Numbered from the stretch's first letter, positions 50,708-61,150 are shown. The stretch: 64,000 nucleotides of DNA from Methanobacteriota archaeon (GCA_963769885.1 CAVYNH010000001.1:1-64000); one strand, 5' to 3'. The notes: generated from the letters alone by a model not told the origin. Made by a program: numbers and translations.

Positions 50708-53700
50708 ATGGAAGGAGTCATAGTGAGACGATGGACTAACAAGGGAAGTGGTACACAGAAAACGACATCCAGCCTTCTGCATACCATCCCGGTCATCCTC
50801 CTCCTTCTCAGTACCACCGCGGCTCCTGCGATAGCCGGACCTTCCCACACGACCGGCTCAGGCGCATCGCTGAGCTACACCTTCTCCTTCAGGACCCCGA
50901 CCCTCACCGAAATCCAGCTCGACAACCGGACGTTCACCAAAATCGAGATGGACGAATGCCTCGCCTCATCGCAGCCCGGCCTCCCGGCGCTGCCGGTCTT
51001 CCCCGCCCACCTGCTCCTCCCCCCGGGAGCAACCGTCACGAGCATCCATACCCCAACACAGGGCACCATCGACCTTCACCTGGACACCCCGGTCCTCCCA
51101 GCGCAAGAACTCGTCCACCCCGGTACAGACGAGATCCCCGCCTTCGTCATGAACACGAGCGCCTACGCCTCACCAACCCCGGTATCCGACACCATCTATG
51201 AAAACCAGGGAATCGGCTACTGCCGCGGATACACCATCCTCACCCTCACCATTCATCCCGTCCGGTACATCCCGAAAACCGGCTCCTTATCCTACTACCC
51301 AGAACTCACCCTCACCATAGACCTCCAGCAGCCCGACGCTACACGGCTCGGGAAAGCCACCACGTTCCTCCGAGACAACACGGCAGACCAAGCAGCGATC
51401 CGCGGCCTGGTCGACAACCCCTCACTCCTGACAGCCTACAACCCGACCATCGACGCCCCCCTCGGGGATGACCCGCTACGGACCGACGGCCTGTGCAGCG
51501 CCTCCGGACACTACCCCTACGTCATCATCACCAGCAACAGCCTCAAGAGCACGACCGGCTACCCCTACAACTGGACCAGCCTCATCACCCACCGCGAGAC
51601 CCACGACGGCCTCAACGGCACCATCGTCACCGTCCAAGACATCGACGCCTGCCACGCCTACTGGAACACCACCGCACTCTACAACGACAGCCAAGCCCAC
51701 ATCAGGGAATTCTGCAAAGACGCCTACCAGAACTGGGAGACCGACTACATCCTCCTCGGCGGCGACTGGGACAGCGCCCCCAGCGACCAGATCGTCCCCT
51801 ACCGACTCTTCACCGACCGCTATCTCCCTGGTGACCTCTATCAAACCATGGCCTGCGACATGTACTACAGCCACCTCGACGGTACCTGGTGGGACGCCAC
51901 AGACAACGTCTGGGGCGGCAGCGCAGGAAGCGGCGCCAACAACCTCTACGCAGAACTGTACATCGGCCGCATCGCCGCCTACAACGCCTCCATGGTCTCC
52001 AACGCGGTCCAAAAGATCATCTGGTATGATCTGAGCGCCTCCGGCGACTGGCTCCATCAAGCAGTCTTCGCCGGCGGCAACCTCGGCTGGAGCGCCACCT
52101 CCAAACAATACATGGAGGAACTCAGGCTCGGCACCGACACCTACCGCACCTTCACGGGCTTCCAAGAATGGAACACCGCCCACCCAGCCTCCACCATTGA
52201 CTTCGAAACATACTATCATGCCGACCTCGGAAGTAACTACCCAGAGTATTTCTCAGACTCCATCGAGGACGACAACGCCTCGATCATCAACCACCTTGAC
52301 CACAGCGACTGGAACAGCCCCTTCGGCCTCACCTGGTGGTCCGACCGCATCAACGCCAAACCCTTCTTCGGCTACTCCCAAGGATGCCTCGCCGGCCGCT
52401 TCCACGAAGGCTACGCCGGCTCCGAACAACTGCAGTGCCGCTTCGCCGGACGCAACGCCTTCGCCCTCATCCTCAACACCGGCTACGGCTACGGTAGCTA
52501 CTACGACACGGACGGCGCAAGCCAAGCCCTCGAGTGCTACTTCTGGGACTACTTCTTCAACAACCAATCCGCTCACACCGAAAACTGGCAGCTCGGCAGA
52601 GCCCAGGCCTACTCCGAGGACAAGATGAGCACGTACATCGACAGCTACAGCCACGCCTGGTGTTACGCCTGGTACAGTAGCCACCTCTTCGGCGACCCAG
52701 CTCAGACCCTCCGGCTCTCAGACACGCCACAAGAAAACATCCACCTCGCCAGCGAATCCCCGACCAATGGATCCACCACAGTCCCGATTACAACAACATC
52801 GCTCAGCGTCCAGATCACGCATGCACTCGGACACACGTTCAACTATACAATTCAGACAAGCCCCAACATCGGAAGCGCCTCAGGAACAGGCGTCCACAAC
52901 GGGACCAAATCCTGCACGATCACTGGCCTGAGTTACGCAACAACCTACCAATGGACCGTCAGGGTCACTGACGGAGAATCATGGGTGAACGAGACGTACA
53001 CCTTTACCACCCAGAACGCGCCAATCAATCATCCCCCCACGTTGACTAGCCCCAGTCCTACCAATGGCGCGACCGGCGTCTCGATCAGCACCTCGTCCCT
53101 GAGCATCACCATCCAAGACCAGGATGGAGACCATTTCAACTGGACCATCACGACAGCACCCAACATCGGCAGCAGCGCGGGAACCTCATCGACGAATGGA
53201 ACCAAGACATGCGCAGTATCAGGCCTGGCCTACTCAACCGCGTACACCTGGACCGTGCGGGCGAACGATGGGCATCAATGGACGAACACCTCGTACACCT
53301 TCACCACGCAAAGCGCGCCAGTCAACAACCCGCCAGCCCTATCCAACCCCAGCCCAGGGAACGGCTCCACAAGCATCCCGATTAGCACCACCTCGCTGAG
53401 CATCACGATCGGAGACCCTGAAGGGGATCCATTCAATTGGACCATCACCACGACACCAAATATCGGGAGCGGCTCAGGAACCCTTGCAGGCAACGAGAGC
53501 AAGTCTTGCAGCGTCTCCGGCTTGGCTTATTCAACCCTCTATACATGGACCGCGAGAGCCTATGACGGGCATCACTGGACGAACGCAACCTACACCTTCA
53601 CGACACAGAGCGCACCGATCAACAACCCCCCCACCTTGACCAATCCCAGCCCAGCGAATGCTTCTACGACCGTACCAATAACCACCACGACTCTCAGCAT

Positions 53701-55270
53701 CAAAATCCAAGACCCCGAGGGAGACTCGTTCAACTGGACCATGACAACGACGCCGGACATCGGCAGCAGCTCAGGTACATCCGCAAGCAACGGCACCAAA
53801 TCCTGCAGCGTCTCCGGCTTGACGTATTCAACCACGTATAATTGGACCGCCAAGGCCTACGACGGGCATCACTGGACGAACGCAACCTACACCTTCACGA
53901 CACAGAACGCGCCCGTCAACAATCCACCCACCCTCACCAGCCCAACACCCGCCAACGGCTCAACCACCGTATCAGTCTCGACAGCATCCCTCACCATCCT
54001 CATCCGGGACCCCGAGGCAGACCCGTTCAACTGGACCATGACAACGACGCCGAACATCGGCAGCAGCTCTGGAACCTCCGCAAGCAACGGCACCAAAACC
54101 TGTCCGATTTCCGGCCTCGCCTACTCTACTGTCTATTCATGGACCGCGCACGCCTACGACGGCCACCACTGGACCAACGCGACTTACACCTTCACGACTC
54201 AAAACGTGACCGTCAATTCCCCTCCCGTCGTCTCCAGCCCCAGCCCTGCAAACGGATCCAGCGATCTGTCCACCCAATCGACGACGCTGCACATCACGAT
54301 CCGAGACCAGGAAGGAGACGACTTCAACTGGACGATCACCACCATTCCTAACATCGGCAGCAGCTCAGGCACCGCCTCCGTAAACGGCACCAAGAACTGC
54401 ACCGTCACACACCTTGCCTTTTCGACCACCTACACCTGGGTTGTCCGAGCCACTGACGGACACGGGTGGACCAACAAGACGTACCACTTCTCCACCCAGG
54501 CTCAGCAAGGCGGCGGCAACCCCCCGCAAGGCGGGGAGCCTCCAGGCAACGGTGGCGCGACAGAGAACCATCCCCCGCAGACACCCGCGCGACCCCGCGG
54601 CACAGTCCTCCTTGAGATCGGCGTCGGCTCCACGTTCACCAGCTCAGTAGTCGACCAGGACGGCGACAGCCTCCGCTACCGCTTCGACTGGGGAGACGGG
54701 ACGATCAGTGACTGGAGCGCATGGCAAGCGCCGAACACCACGATCTCCATGGAACATCACTGGACGACGAACGGCACTTACCTGGTCCGAGTCCTCGCGC
54801 AAGACGAACCTGGAGAGAACAGCAGCTGGTCCCCCACCCTCACCGTGACGGTCACCGCAGCCGCTGAGACAGTTTCCCACCCCGAAGGGCAGATCGAGAT
54901 CCCCTCGGTCATCCCAGCAAACAAAGGCGTCGTCTTCAACGCCTCAGGATGGACGAACCTCACCGGGGATGCCCTCACCTACACCTGGGACTTCGGGGAT
55001 GGAACCACCGGCACCGGGATGACCATCACCCATGTCTACGCGAAGCCCGGGAACTACACCGTCACCCTCACCGTCACGAACAGCAGCGGCCACCGCCAGA
55101 CCAAGACCGTCGCCATCACGGTCACCAGCTCCACCACCGCCCTCGCTCAAACCTCCCGAGCACCCCTCCTCAGCCCCCTCCCACTCCTCCTGATAGTAGT
55201 CACCATACTCCTCTTCGTCGCCATCGTCATCTGGCTCGTGAAACGATATCTAAAACCTCGGAAAACCTAA
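50708..55270 (+). CDS. Giant C25 (gingipain-like) peptidase with ~6 tandem 99-aa Ig/Fn3-like repeats, two PKD domains and a C-terminal TM anchor
   Basis: YVIIT, IGRIA, NHLDH and SQGCL dyad, LFGDP; DWGDG and WDFGDG; start uncertain. Confidence 0.88.
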   Translation: MEGVIVRRWTNKGSGTQKTTSSLLHTIPVILLLLSTTAAPAIAGPSHTTGSGASLSYTFSFRTPTLTEIQLDNRTFTKIEMDECLASSQPGLPALPVFPAHLLLPPGATVTSIHTPTQGTIDLHLDTPVLPAQELVHPGTDEIPAFVMNTSAYASPTPVSDTIYENQGIGYCRGYTILTLTIHPVRYIPKTGSLSYYPELTLTIDLQQPDATRLGKATTFLRDNTADQAAIRGLVDNPSLLTAYNPTIDAPLGDDPLRTDGLCSASGHYPYVIITSNSLKSTTGYPYNWTSLITHRETHDGLNGTIVTVQDIDACHAYWNTTALYNDSQAHIREFCKDAYQNWETDYILLGGDWDSAPSDQIVPYRLFTDRYLPGDLYQTMACDMYYSHLDGTWWDATDNVWGGSAGSGANNLYAELYIGRIAAYNASMVSNAVQKIIWYDLSASGDWLHQAVFAGGNLGWSATSKQYMEELRLGTDTYRTFTGFQEWNTAHPASTIDFETYYHADLGSNYPEYFSDSIEDDNASIINHLDHSDWNSPFGLTWWSDRINAKPFFGYSQGCLAGRFHEGYAGSEQLQCRFAGRNAFALILNTGYGYGSYYDTDGASQALECYFWDYFFNNQSAHTENWQLGRAQAYSEDKMSTYIDSYSHAWCYAWYSSHLFGDPAQTLRLSDTPQENIHLASESPTNGSTTVPITTTSLSVQITHALGHTFNYTIQTSPNIGSASGTGVHNGTKSCTITGLSYATTYQWTVRVTDGESWVNETYTFTTQNAPINHPPTLTSPSPTNGATGVSISTSSLSITIQDQDGDHFNWTITTAPNIGSSAGTSSTNGTKTCAVSGLAYSTAYTWTVRANDGHQWTNTSYTFTTQSAPVNNPPALSNPSPGNGSTSIPISTTSLSITIGDPEGDPFNWTITTTPNIGSGSGTLAGNESKSCSVSGLAYSTLYTWTARAYDGHHWTNATYTFTTQSAPINNPPTLTNPSPANASTTVPITTTTLSIKIQDPEGDSFNWTMTTTPDIGSSSGTSASNGTKSCSVSGLTYSTTYNWTAKAYDGHHWTNATYTFTTQNAPVNNPPTLTSPTPANGSTTVSVSTASLTILIRDPEADPFNWTMTTTPNIGSSSGTSASNGTKTCPISGLAYSTVYSWTAHAYDGHHWTNATYTFTTQNVTVNSPPVVSSPSPANGSSDLSTQSTTLHITIRDQEGDDFNWTITTIPNIGSSSGTASVNGTKNCTVTHLAFSTTYTWVVRATDGHGWTNKTYHFSTQAQQGGGNPPQGGEPPGNGGATENHPPQTPARPRGTVLLEIGVGSTFTSSVVDQDGDSLRYRFDWGDGTISDWSAWQAPNTTISMEHHWTTNGTYLVRVLAQDEPGENSSWSPTLTVTVTAAAETVSHPEGQIEIPSVIPANKGVVFNASGWTNLTGDALTYTWDFGDGTTGTGMTITHVYAKPGNYTVTLTVTNSSGHRQTKTVAITVTSSTTALAQTSRAPLLSPLPLLLIVVTILLFVAIVIWLVKRYLKPRKT
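52730..54500 (+). repeat. Intragenic 297-bp tandem repeats (~6 units)
   Basis: NxPP-starting units at ~53024, 53321, 53618, 53915 and 54212, plus an earlier divergent unit. Confidence 0.9.
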
Positions 55271-55423
55271 GAAAAACGCCTCCTTTTATTAAGATTAATA
55301 AATAAAAAACAGGAGACCACGCCTTTCTCTCGAAGGAATCGGAGAAAAAAACAGGTGAAAACGACGCCACCCTCCCAAAGATAATTTTTTATATACAAGA
55401 ATCATAGTAACAGACTTGAAGCT

Positions 55424-56608
55424 ATGTGGTACCTCATCCTTGGACTTCTCGGGCTCCTCTACCTGGCATCCAACACCATCCTCCCTAGCCAAGGCACCAT
55501 CGGCACCTACCTCCTCCAACCCCTCCTCTGGATAGGCCTCGCCATCCTCACCTTACTCGTCGCCAAAAACGAAGACCTCAACATCCTCAAGTTCAAACGT
55601 GTCTCCCACTGGTACTTCGGCAACTCACCCCTCCAGGCCGGCCTCCTCATCGGCGGCCTCCAAGTCACCCTCCTCATCCTCGTCGGCGTCTTCACCGGCT
55701 TCGGAAAAAGCCCCAACAGCTTCACCCCCACCCCCCTCATCCTCAACCTCGTCTTCGTCGCCTCCCTCCTCACCGGCACCGAGATCACCCGCGCCTACCT
55801 CATAAAACGCGGCACGCAAACCCGCAGGCACACCACCCTCGTCCTCATCGCCGCCACCGTCATCTACGCCGCCTTCCAACTCACCATCACCCAGATCCTC
55901 ACCCTCACCACAAACACCCCCATCATCCTCCTCGAATTCCTCGGAAAAACCGTCATCACCGCCATCGCCATCAACCTCCTCGCCTCCTACCTCTCCTACA
56001 TGGGCGGCGCCACCGCCTCCCTCAGCTACATCGGCATCCTCACCGCCTTCGACTGGTTCTCCCCAATCCTCCCCAACCCCCACTGGACCATCCTCGCCCT
56101 CATCGGCACCATCATCCCCGCCATCGGCTACTCCCTCATCCAAAACTCCATCCGAGAACCAGGCATCAAAAAACACCGGAAACCACACCGAACCACCGCC
56201 GACGGCTATGGCTGGACCGCCGTCACCGTCTTCAGCGTCCTCATCGTCTTCTTCTCCTTCGGATACCTCGGCGTCAAACCCACCGTCATCTACAGCGGCA
56301 GCATGCAACCAGAACTCCAAGTCGGCGACCTCGCCATCATCCAAAAAACCGACCCCGCCACCCTCAAAAATGGAGACATCATCCAATTCAACAACGACAA
56401 CATGACCCTTATCCACCGCGTCATCAACATCACCTCACAACAAGGCCAGACACTTTATACCACCAAAGGCGATGCCAATAAAGACCCCGACATCCCCCCC
56501 ATTAAAGAAGACCAAATCATCGGCAAATCCATCTTCACCATCCCCAAGATAGGATGGATACAAATCCTCGTCAAAGACCTCGCCAGAAAAGCAGGCATCA
56601 AAGTCTAA
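55424..56608 (+). CDS. SipW/Sec11-type signal peptidase I fused to a multi-TM N-terminal domain
   Basis: YSGSMQP, GD, IHRV (Ser-His), TKGDAN..D. Confidence 0.9.
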   Translation: MWYLILGLLGLLYLASNTILPSQGTIGTYLLQPLLWIGLAILTLLVAKNEDLNILKFKRVSHWYFGNSPLQAGLLIGGLQVTLLILVGVFTGFGKSPNSFTPTPLILNLVFVASLLTGTEITRAYLIKRGTQTRRHTTLVLIAATVIYAAFQLTITQILTLTTNTPIILLEFLGKTVITAIAINLLASYLSYMGGATASLSYIGILTAFDWFSPILPNPHWTILALIGTIIPAIGYSLIQNSIREPGIKKHRKPHRTTADGYGWTAVTVFSVLIVFFSFGYLGVKPTVIYSGSMQPELQVGDLAIIQKTDPATLKNGDIIQFNNDNMTLIHRVINITSQQGQTLYTTKGDANKDPDIPPIKEDQIIGKSIFTIPKIGWIQILVKDLARKAGIKV

Positions 56609-56625
56609 AAAAAAGAGAATGCACC

Positions 56626-57876
56626 ATGAGTAGAGCCAAAAACAGAAAAGCCAGGACCCTCCCCAGAAAAACCATCCCACGGACACCGCGGTACATCATC
56701 ATTGCCGTAATCAGTGTCATCCTCATCTACGCCCTCACCAGCACCTACCTCGCCTACCAAACACCCACGACACAACGACAGACCCAAACCATCGTCCATT
56801 ACTCAAACAACGGCCGCTTCACCTACCTCATCTACCTCCACAACAACACTATCTACAATAAAACCGTCCTCTACCCAGAAGAAGGCATCATCTTCACCCA
56901 ACTCCTGGACCACATCAACGCCACGTTCACCTACACCTACGAAATCAACACCACCTCATCCATCAGCGGCAACTGCAGCATCCTAGGCATCATCCAAACC
57001 AACCTGTGGAGCAAAACCTTTTCCCTCCGCCCCCAAACCCCCTTCAGCGCCATGGGACAGTACGCCACCGCGACCGTGGACTTCCCCATCGACTACGCGT
57101 ACTTCGAACAAGTCTTAGAAGAAATCAATACAGAGACCGGCGTCCCGGCCCAAAACCCCGTCCTCATCATCCAAAGCCATGTGACTATCACCGCGCATAC
57201 AAACCAAGGGGCCGTCTTCACATCCTTCTTCCCCGCCTTCAACCTGACCCTCGGACAGCGAACCATCGATGTTTCAAAGAATCTGATCTCCAGCGACCCG
57301 GGATCATTAACAAAAACAATAACGATAGAGACCCCTAATATCCAATCCCAGAGAAACAACTGGTCCATCATCAGCATTATCACCCTCCTCGGGCTGGCCT
57401 CAGTTGTACTATTCACCGCGAGTCCTGTCGAAACAAAAACAAATACAGTGACCGAGGTCAAAAAAATCAAGAAGAAATATAACGAGTGGATTGTCGAAGC
57501 AGACGAACATCCGGATGCTGCGGAAGCCCGCATCGTTTCCATTAAGTCAATCCAGGATCTCGCTAAAATCGGAGAGGAACTCGGGAAGCCCATCATCCAT
57601 TATTCCCCAAAAAACGAGAACGACAAGAACAATACCTTCTATGTCATCGATGAAACAGTCTTTTATGAATACGTGCTCAAGCCAGCGGAGAGCAGCAAAA
57701 AAAGCACCACCTGCCCACAATGTGGGGCAACCATCGACTATGAGGAAAATGCAGGACGAAAAGTAACCTTACGATGCCCGAACTGTGGAAGTAAGGCAGT
57801 CGCTGACGTATCTGAGGAAAAACCCTGGTCAAATCTGTTAGCTCGAATAAAAAAACGAAGACTCAATGGCAAATAA
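56626..57876 (+). CDS. DUF5305-like membrane-anchored protein with a C-terminal double Zn ribbon
   Basis: Two TM helices; SIQDLAKIGEELGKPIIH; CPQCG...CPNCG; adjacent to the SipW gene. Confidence 0.7.
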   Translation: MSRAKNRKARTLPRKTIPRTPRYIIIAVISVILIYALTSTYLAYQTPTTQRQTQTIVHYSNNGRFTYLIYLHNNTIYNKTVLYPEEGIIFTQLLDHINATFTYTYEINTTSSISGNCSILGIIQTNLWSKTFSLRPQTPFSAMGQYATATVDFPIDYAYFEQVLEEINTETGVPAQNPVLIIQSHVTITAHTNQGAVFTSFFPAFNLTLGQRTIDVSKNLISSDPGSLTKTITIETPNIQSQRNNWSIISIITLLGLASVVLFTASPVETKTNTVTEVKKIKKKYNEWIVEADEHPDAAEARIVSIKSIQDLAKIGEELGKPIIHYSPKNENDKNNTFYVIDETVFYEYVLKPAESSKKSTTCPQCGATIDYEENAGRKVTLRCPNCGSKAVADVSEEKPWSNLLARIKKRRLNGK

Positions 57877-57991
57877 CCAAAGAATCTAAGGAAATTTTAC
57901 TGTTTTCTCCCTGTCTATAATCTAGACTAGTATCTGCTTTGACTTCGATGGAACCAATGGCGATGTTTCAACAGCTTGTGTTGTAGGTAGG

Positions 57992-58375
57992 TTAGGCGAT
58001 AAGGGAGGCGATGAGGTAGCCGAGGACGACGAGGAAGGCGCCGGTGAAGTATATCAGGAGGGATGAGACGGATGTGTGGCGCCATTTTTTGATGTTTTGG
58101 TGGAGGATGAAGTTGGCGCTGATGACGAAGACGCCGAAGATGCTGATGATGGGGACCAGCTTAATGATGAGTTTTGAGAGTTCGGCGATGACAGGGGTGA
58201 GGAGGCCGAGGATGCCCATGCTGCCGATGTAGATGACGACGGCTTCGTGTTTTTGGCGGTATCTGCCGCCGCTTTTGAAGCCGTGGGCGGTGGTGGTGTA
58301 GAGGAAGCCGGTGATGAAGGTGATGATCATCCCGGTGAGGATGAGGGTTCCCTCCTCGGTCAGGAAGTCTGCCAT
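57992..58375 (-). CDS. Small 4-TM membrane protein
   Basis: Hydrophobic open frame with genome-typical codons. Confidence 0.7.
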   Translation of the reverse strand: MADFLTEEGTLILTGMIITFITGFLYTTTAHGFKSGGRYRQKHEAVVIYIGSMGILGLLTPVIAELSKLIIKLVPIISIFGVFVISANFILHQNIKKWRHTSVSSLLIYFTGAFLVVLGYLIASLIA

Positions 58376-58442
58376 GCGGTGCTCGCCATCCCAAGTGTAT
58401 TGAGTGCGAATCTCCCATCCCTTTTTAAACCTGATTTTTTTG

Positions 58443-58583
58443 TTAAAATTCTCGGTTGACTTTGGTGTCGATGATCCGTTGTGGTTCGAAGAACTCCTGT
58501 TGGCAGTTGGGGCAGTGGATGGGGTTCTCCCGCGATTCGCAGATCCACCGATGCCCGCAAAAGGGGCACATCTCTCGTTTCAT
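58443..58583 (-). CDS. 46-aa zinc-ribbon microprotein
   Basis: MKREMCPFCGHRW...HCPNCQ. Confidence 0.55.
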   Translation of the reverse strand: MKREMCPFCGHRWICESRENPIHCPNCQQEFFEPQRIIDTKVNREF

Positions 58584-58624
58584 GACACTGTGCTTCCCAA
58601 GTTGCATGTCCATGAGTTGTTTTT

Positions 58625-59884
58625 TTATGGGGTGTTTACGATGAGGAGGAACCCGAGGAGGAGGCCGGTGGTGGTGACGGTCTGTTTGCCGGCGTTCTTC
58701 GCGGTGGTGTGGACTTGGATTTGGACTTTGCCAAGGGCGAGGAGCGGGATCCGCTGCGTCTCGGCCTGTCCTGGCGTCAGGGTGTCGATGGTGTCGGAGA
58801 AGCTGAGGTTGATGTCGTTTTTCCGGCCGCCGGTGATCGTGATCGTCCATTTCAGCTGCGTCAGGTTCGTTGTGGCTGGGTTGTAGAGTCGGACGCGTAG
58901 GCCGAGGGGTCCGCCGTGGATTTCGATGCCGGTTTTCGGGGGGTAGACGACGTAGGCGGCGGCATAGCCGACCTTGCAGCAGCCGTATTCGATGTACATG
59001 AAGCCGTTCTCGCCCCAGTAGGGTCCCCAGGAGTTTTTCAGGATCCAGCAGCCGTGCTCGCCGAGGGTGTCGTCCCAGCCGACCAGGGTGACCGCATGGT
59101 TGATGTTCGCGGGGGAATTGTTGTTGAAGACTCCGCCGGTGTAGGCGCCGAAGGCTTCGTTGACGGCGACGCCGCTGGAGACGGGCCCGTAGGTGTAGAT
59201 TGCGTTCTTTATTGCCTCGGTGCTGGGCACTCCTTGGTTGACGCCGACGTATTTCCATGAGTCGAGGTGGTACGGGTGATGGTAGGGGCCGTCGCAGGGT
59301 GCGTCCTCGGCGACGTACGGGAAGCCCTGTTCAAGGACCGCGCCTGAGCCGTCGAATGTGTCAGTACGCCATTGGTGGTAGTCGTGGGCGTACCAGCCGC
59401 CGTTGCATCCCCAGTGGTTCTGGTTGCAGCTGACGAGCCATTGTTCGGAGAGGTCGACTTCGACGTGGTCGTGGATGAGGATCGCGCTTTCCATGGGTCC
59501 GACGGTGCCGAAGGCCCAGCAGCTGCCGCAGCCGTCTTGGTCCTTGACGCTGGAGACGCCGTTGTGGTCCCGCCAGTCCCATCGGTCCGGGAGGGTGGTG
59601 GTGGGCAGGCAGGGGTCGAAGCTGGCGTTGACCCACCAGTCTGCTGGCTCGACGAGTCCGCAGAGCTGTGAGAATGGGCGCTGGGTCGCGGGGTTCTCTC
59701 CGACCGTGAACGTCCAGCCGTTTTCTGTTGCGTGTTGCTGCATGGTGGCGATGTCTGCGGGGGTCAGCCAGGGCGTGGTGCCGGTCGTCGTGAGGGAGTC
59801 AAGCGTGCATCCGCAGGAGCCGAGGACGGTTGGTGTGATGAGGGTAAGGAGGCATAACAGGCAGGGTATCCAGGGGGTTTTCAT
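58625..59884 (-). CDS. Secreted papain-family (C1A) cysteine protease with the recurrent C-terminal domain
   Basis: QDGCGSCWAF, NHAV, KNSWG. Confidence 0.95.
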   Translation of the reverse strand: MKTPWIPCLLCLLTLITPTVLGSCGCTLDSLTTTGTTPWLTPADIATMQQHATENGWTFTVGENPATQRPFSQLCGLVEPADWWVNASFDPCLPTTTLPDRWDWRDHNGVSSVKDQDGCGSCWAFGTVGPMESAILIHDHVEVDLSEQWLVSCNQNHWGCNGGWYAHDYHQWRTDTFDGSGAVLEQGFPYVAEDAPCDGPYHHPYHLDSWKYVGVNQGVPSTEAIKNAIYTYGPVSSGVAVNEAFGAYTGGVFNNNSPANINHAVTLVGWDDTLGEHGCWILKNSWGPYWGENGFMYIEYGCCKVGYAAAYVVYPPKTGIEIHGGPLGLRVRLYNPATTNLTQLKWTITITGGRKNDINLSFSDTIDTLTPGQAETQRIPLLALGKVQIQVHTTAKNAGKQTVTTTGLLLGFLLIVNTP

Positions 59885-60084
59885 GAGGGATCCTCAGGGT
59901 GTTTTTATTCTTGATTTTACCTTAATTAATTCAGACTTATAAATATATCCTCCTGGGGTGGGGGGCGAGTCTGGTCCTGGCCGACGGTGGTGATGGGTTG
60001 GATGGTTTGCTACTGGCTTTTCCGGGGGAATAATAACTAATTTATAGCAGGAGTGTGTTTCCTTGTGTGCACTCTAGGAGGAAT

Positions 60085-60723
60085 GCGATGCCTGCGTCGT
60101 CGTTTGAGCACATGCCAGTTGAGGCTTCTTGTGATGACCGTCCCTCGTCCCCGATTGAGGTTCATCGGTTCCATTGTCTGCGGACGGTGTTTCTCGTCGG
60201 GTACGTCCTCGTCCTGATCGGGATGGTGCTGTCTGTCCGGTTCGTCTCCGCGGAGACGGATCTGGGCAAGGTGATCCTCGTGTTCGGCCTTTTGGTGGGA
60301 CCGGCTGCGATGTTGTTGTTGCTCCTGCATGTGTACGAGACGTGGGGGCTGGTGCGGTTTGGCACACATGCCGTGCCGTTGACGCTTGATTTAACGTACT
60401 TCGGGTTCTTCGTCGTGTCCGCGGTCACCTTCGGTGGGTTCTGGTCTCTCTTTCTTTTCTATGAGATCAGCGCCCCGGCGCTCAGTCTGATGTGGTGGGG
60501 GCTGGTGGTGTTATTGGTCGGGGAGTTGCTGGGCTGCATGCTAGCCTCGCGGTTCATCGTGAGACGGTTGGTGTGTCCTCGGCTGCCGTCGTTCTTTGCG
60601 CACTCGGAGCACCATAATTTCCGTCACCCGCGGGACCGGCCGCGGCTGTTCCTTCACCGGAACATCCCGAATTGGGCGATCTGGGAGCAGGATGACTGCT
60701 TCATCCGGATGAAGCACGGGTAG
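60085..60723 (+). CDS. Membrane hypothetical protein
   Basis: About 4 hydrophobic segments; start uncertain. Confidence 0.55.
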   Translation, partial: AMPASSFEHMPVEASCDDRPSSPIEVHRFHCLRTVFLVGYVLVLIGMVLSVRFVSAETDLGKVILVFGLLVGPAAMLLLLLHVYETWGLVRFGTHAVPLTLDLTYFGFFVVSAVTFGGFWSLFLFYEISAPALSLMWWGLVVLLVGELLGCMLASRFIVRRLVCPRLPSFFAHSEHHNFRHPRDRPRLFLHRNIPNWAIWEQDDCFIRMKHG

Positions 60724-60809
60724 TCCTTGGACTGGGGAAAAAGGAGAAAGGGGTCTCTCCCCGTCTTTTTTTTTGATTTGTGGTCGAGGAGAGAGGACGA
60801 TTGCGGGTT

Positions 60810-61037
60810 TTAGAAGGAGCTGATGAGTTCGGCGATCCGTTTCCGCTTGTCTTCCTCGTCGGGGAGGGTGATGGAGGATTTCCATTTCTTCGTCCCGTCC
60901 GGGAGGTAGAACCCGCGGGAGACCGCGAGGAATTCTTTTGAGAGTGCTTCACCGATGGCCTTCTTTCTGGCGACTTCGATGAAGTTGTTTTTTCCAAACT
61001 TCACTTCTTCGGCTTTCATTGTCTCGAATTCAACCAT
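60810..61037 (-). CDS. Small protein, possibly PC4/Whirly-like ssDNA-binding fold
   Basis: FIEVARKK...FLAVSRGFYLPDG..KWKSSITLP beta-beta-helix pattern. Confidence 0.6.
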   Translation of the reverse strand: MVEFETMKAEEVKFGKNNFIEVARKKAIGEALSKEFLAVSRGFYLPDGTKKWKSSITLPDEEDKRKRIAELISSF

Positions 61038-61150
61038 TGCAATCACTTTGGCGCCAGGGAAGTGCATAACTGGATTTAAATTTTTTCACTTGGTGGAAAT
61101 GCAGCATTCTCGGTTGTTTGGGGTGAAAAAAAGAGGAGGAGGGGGGCACG

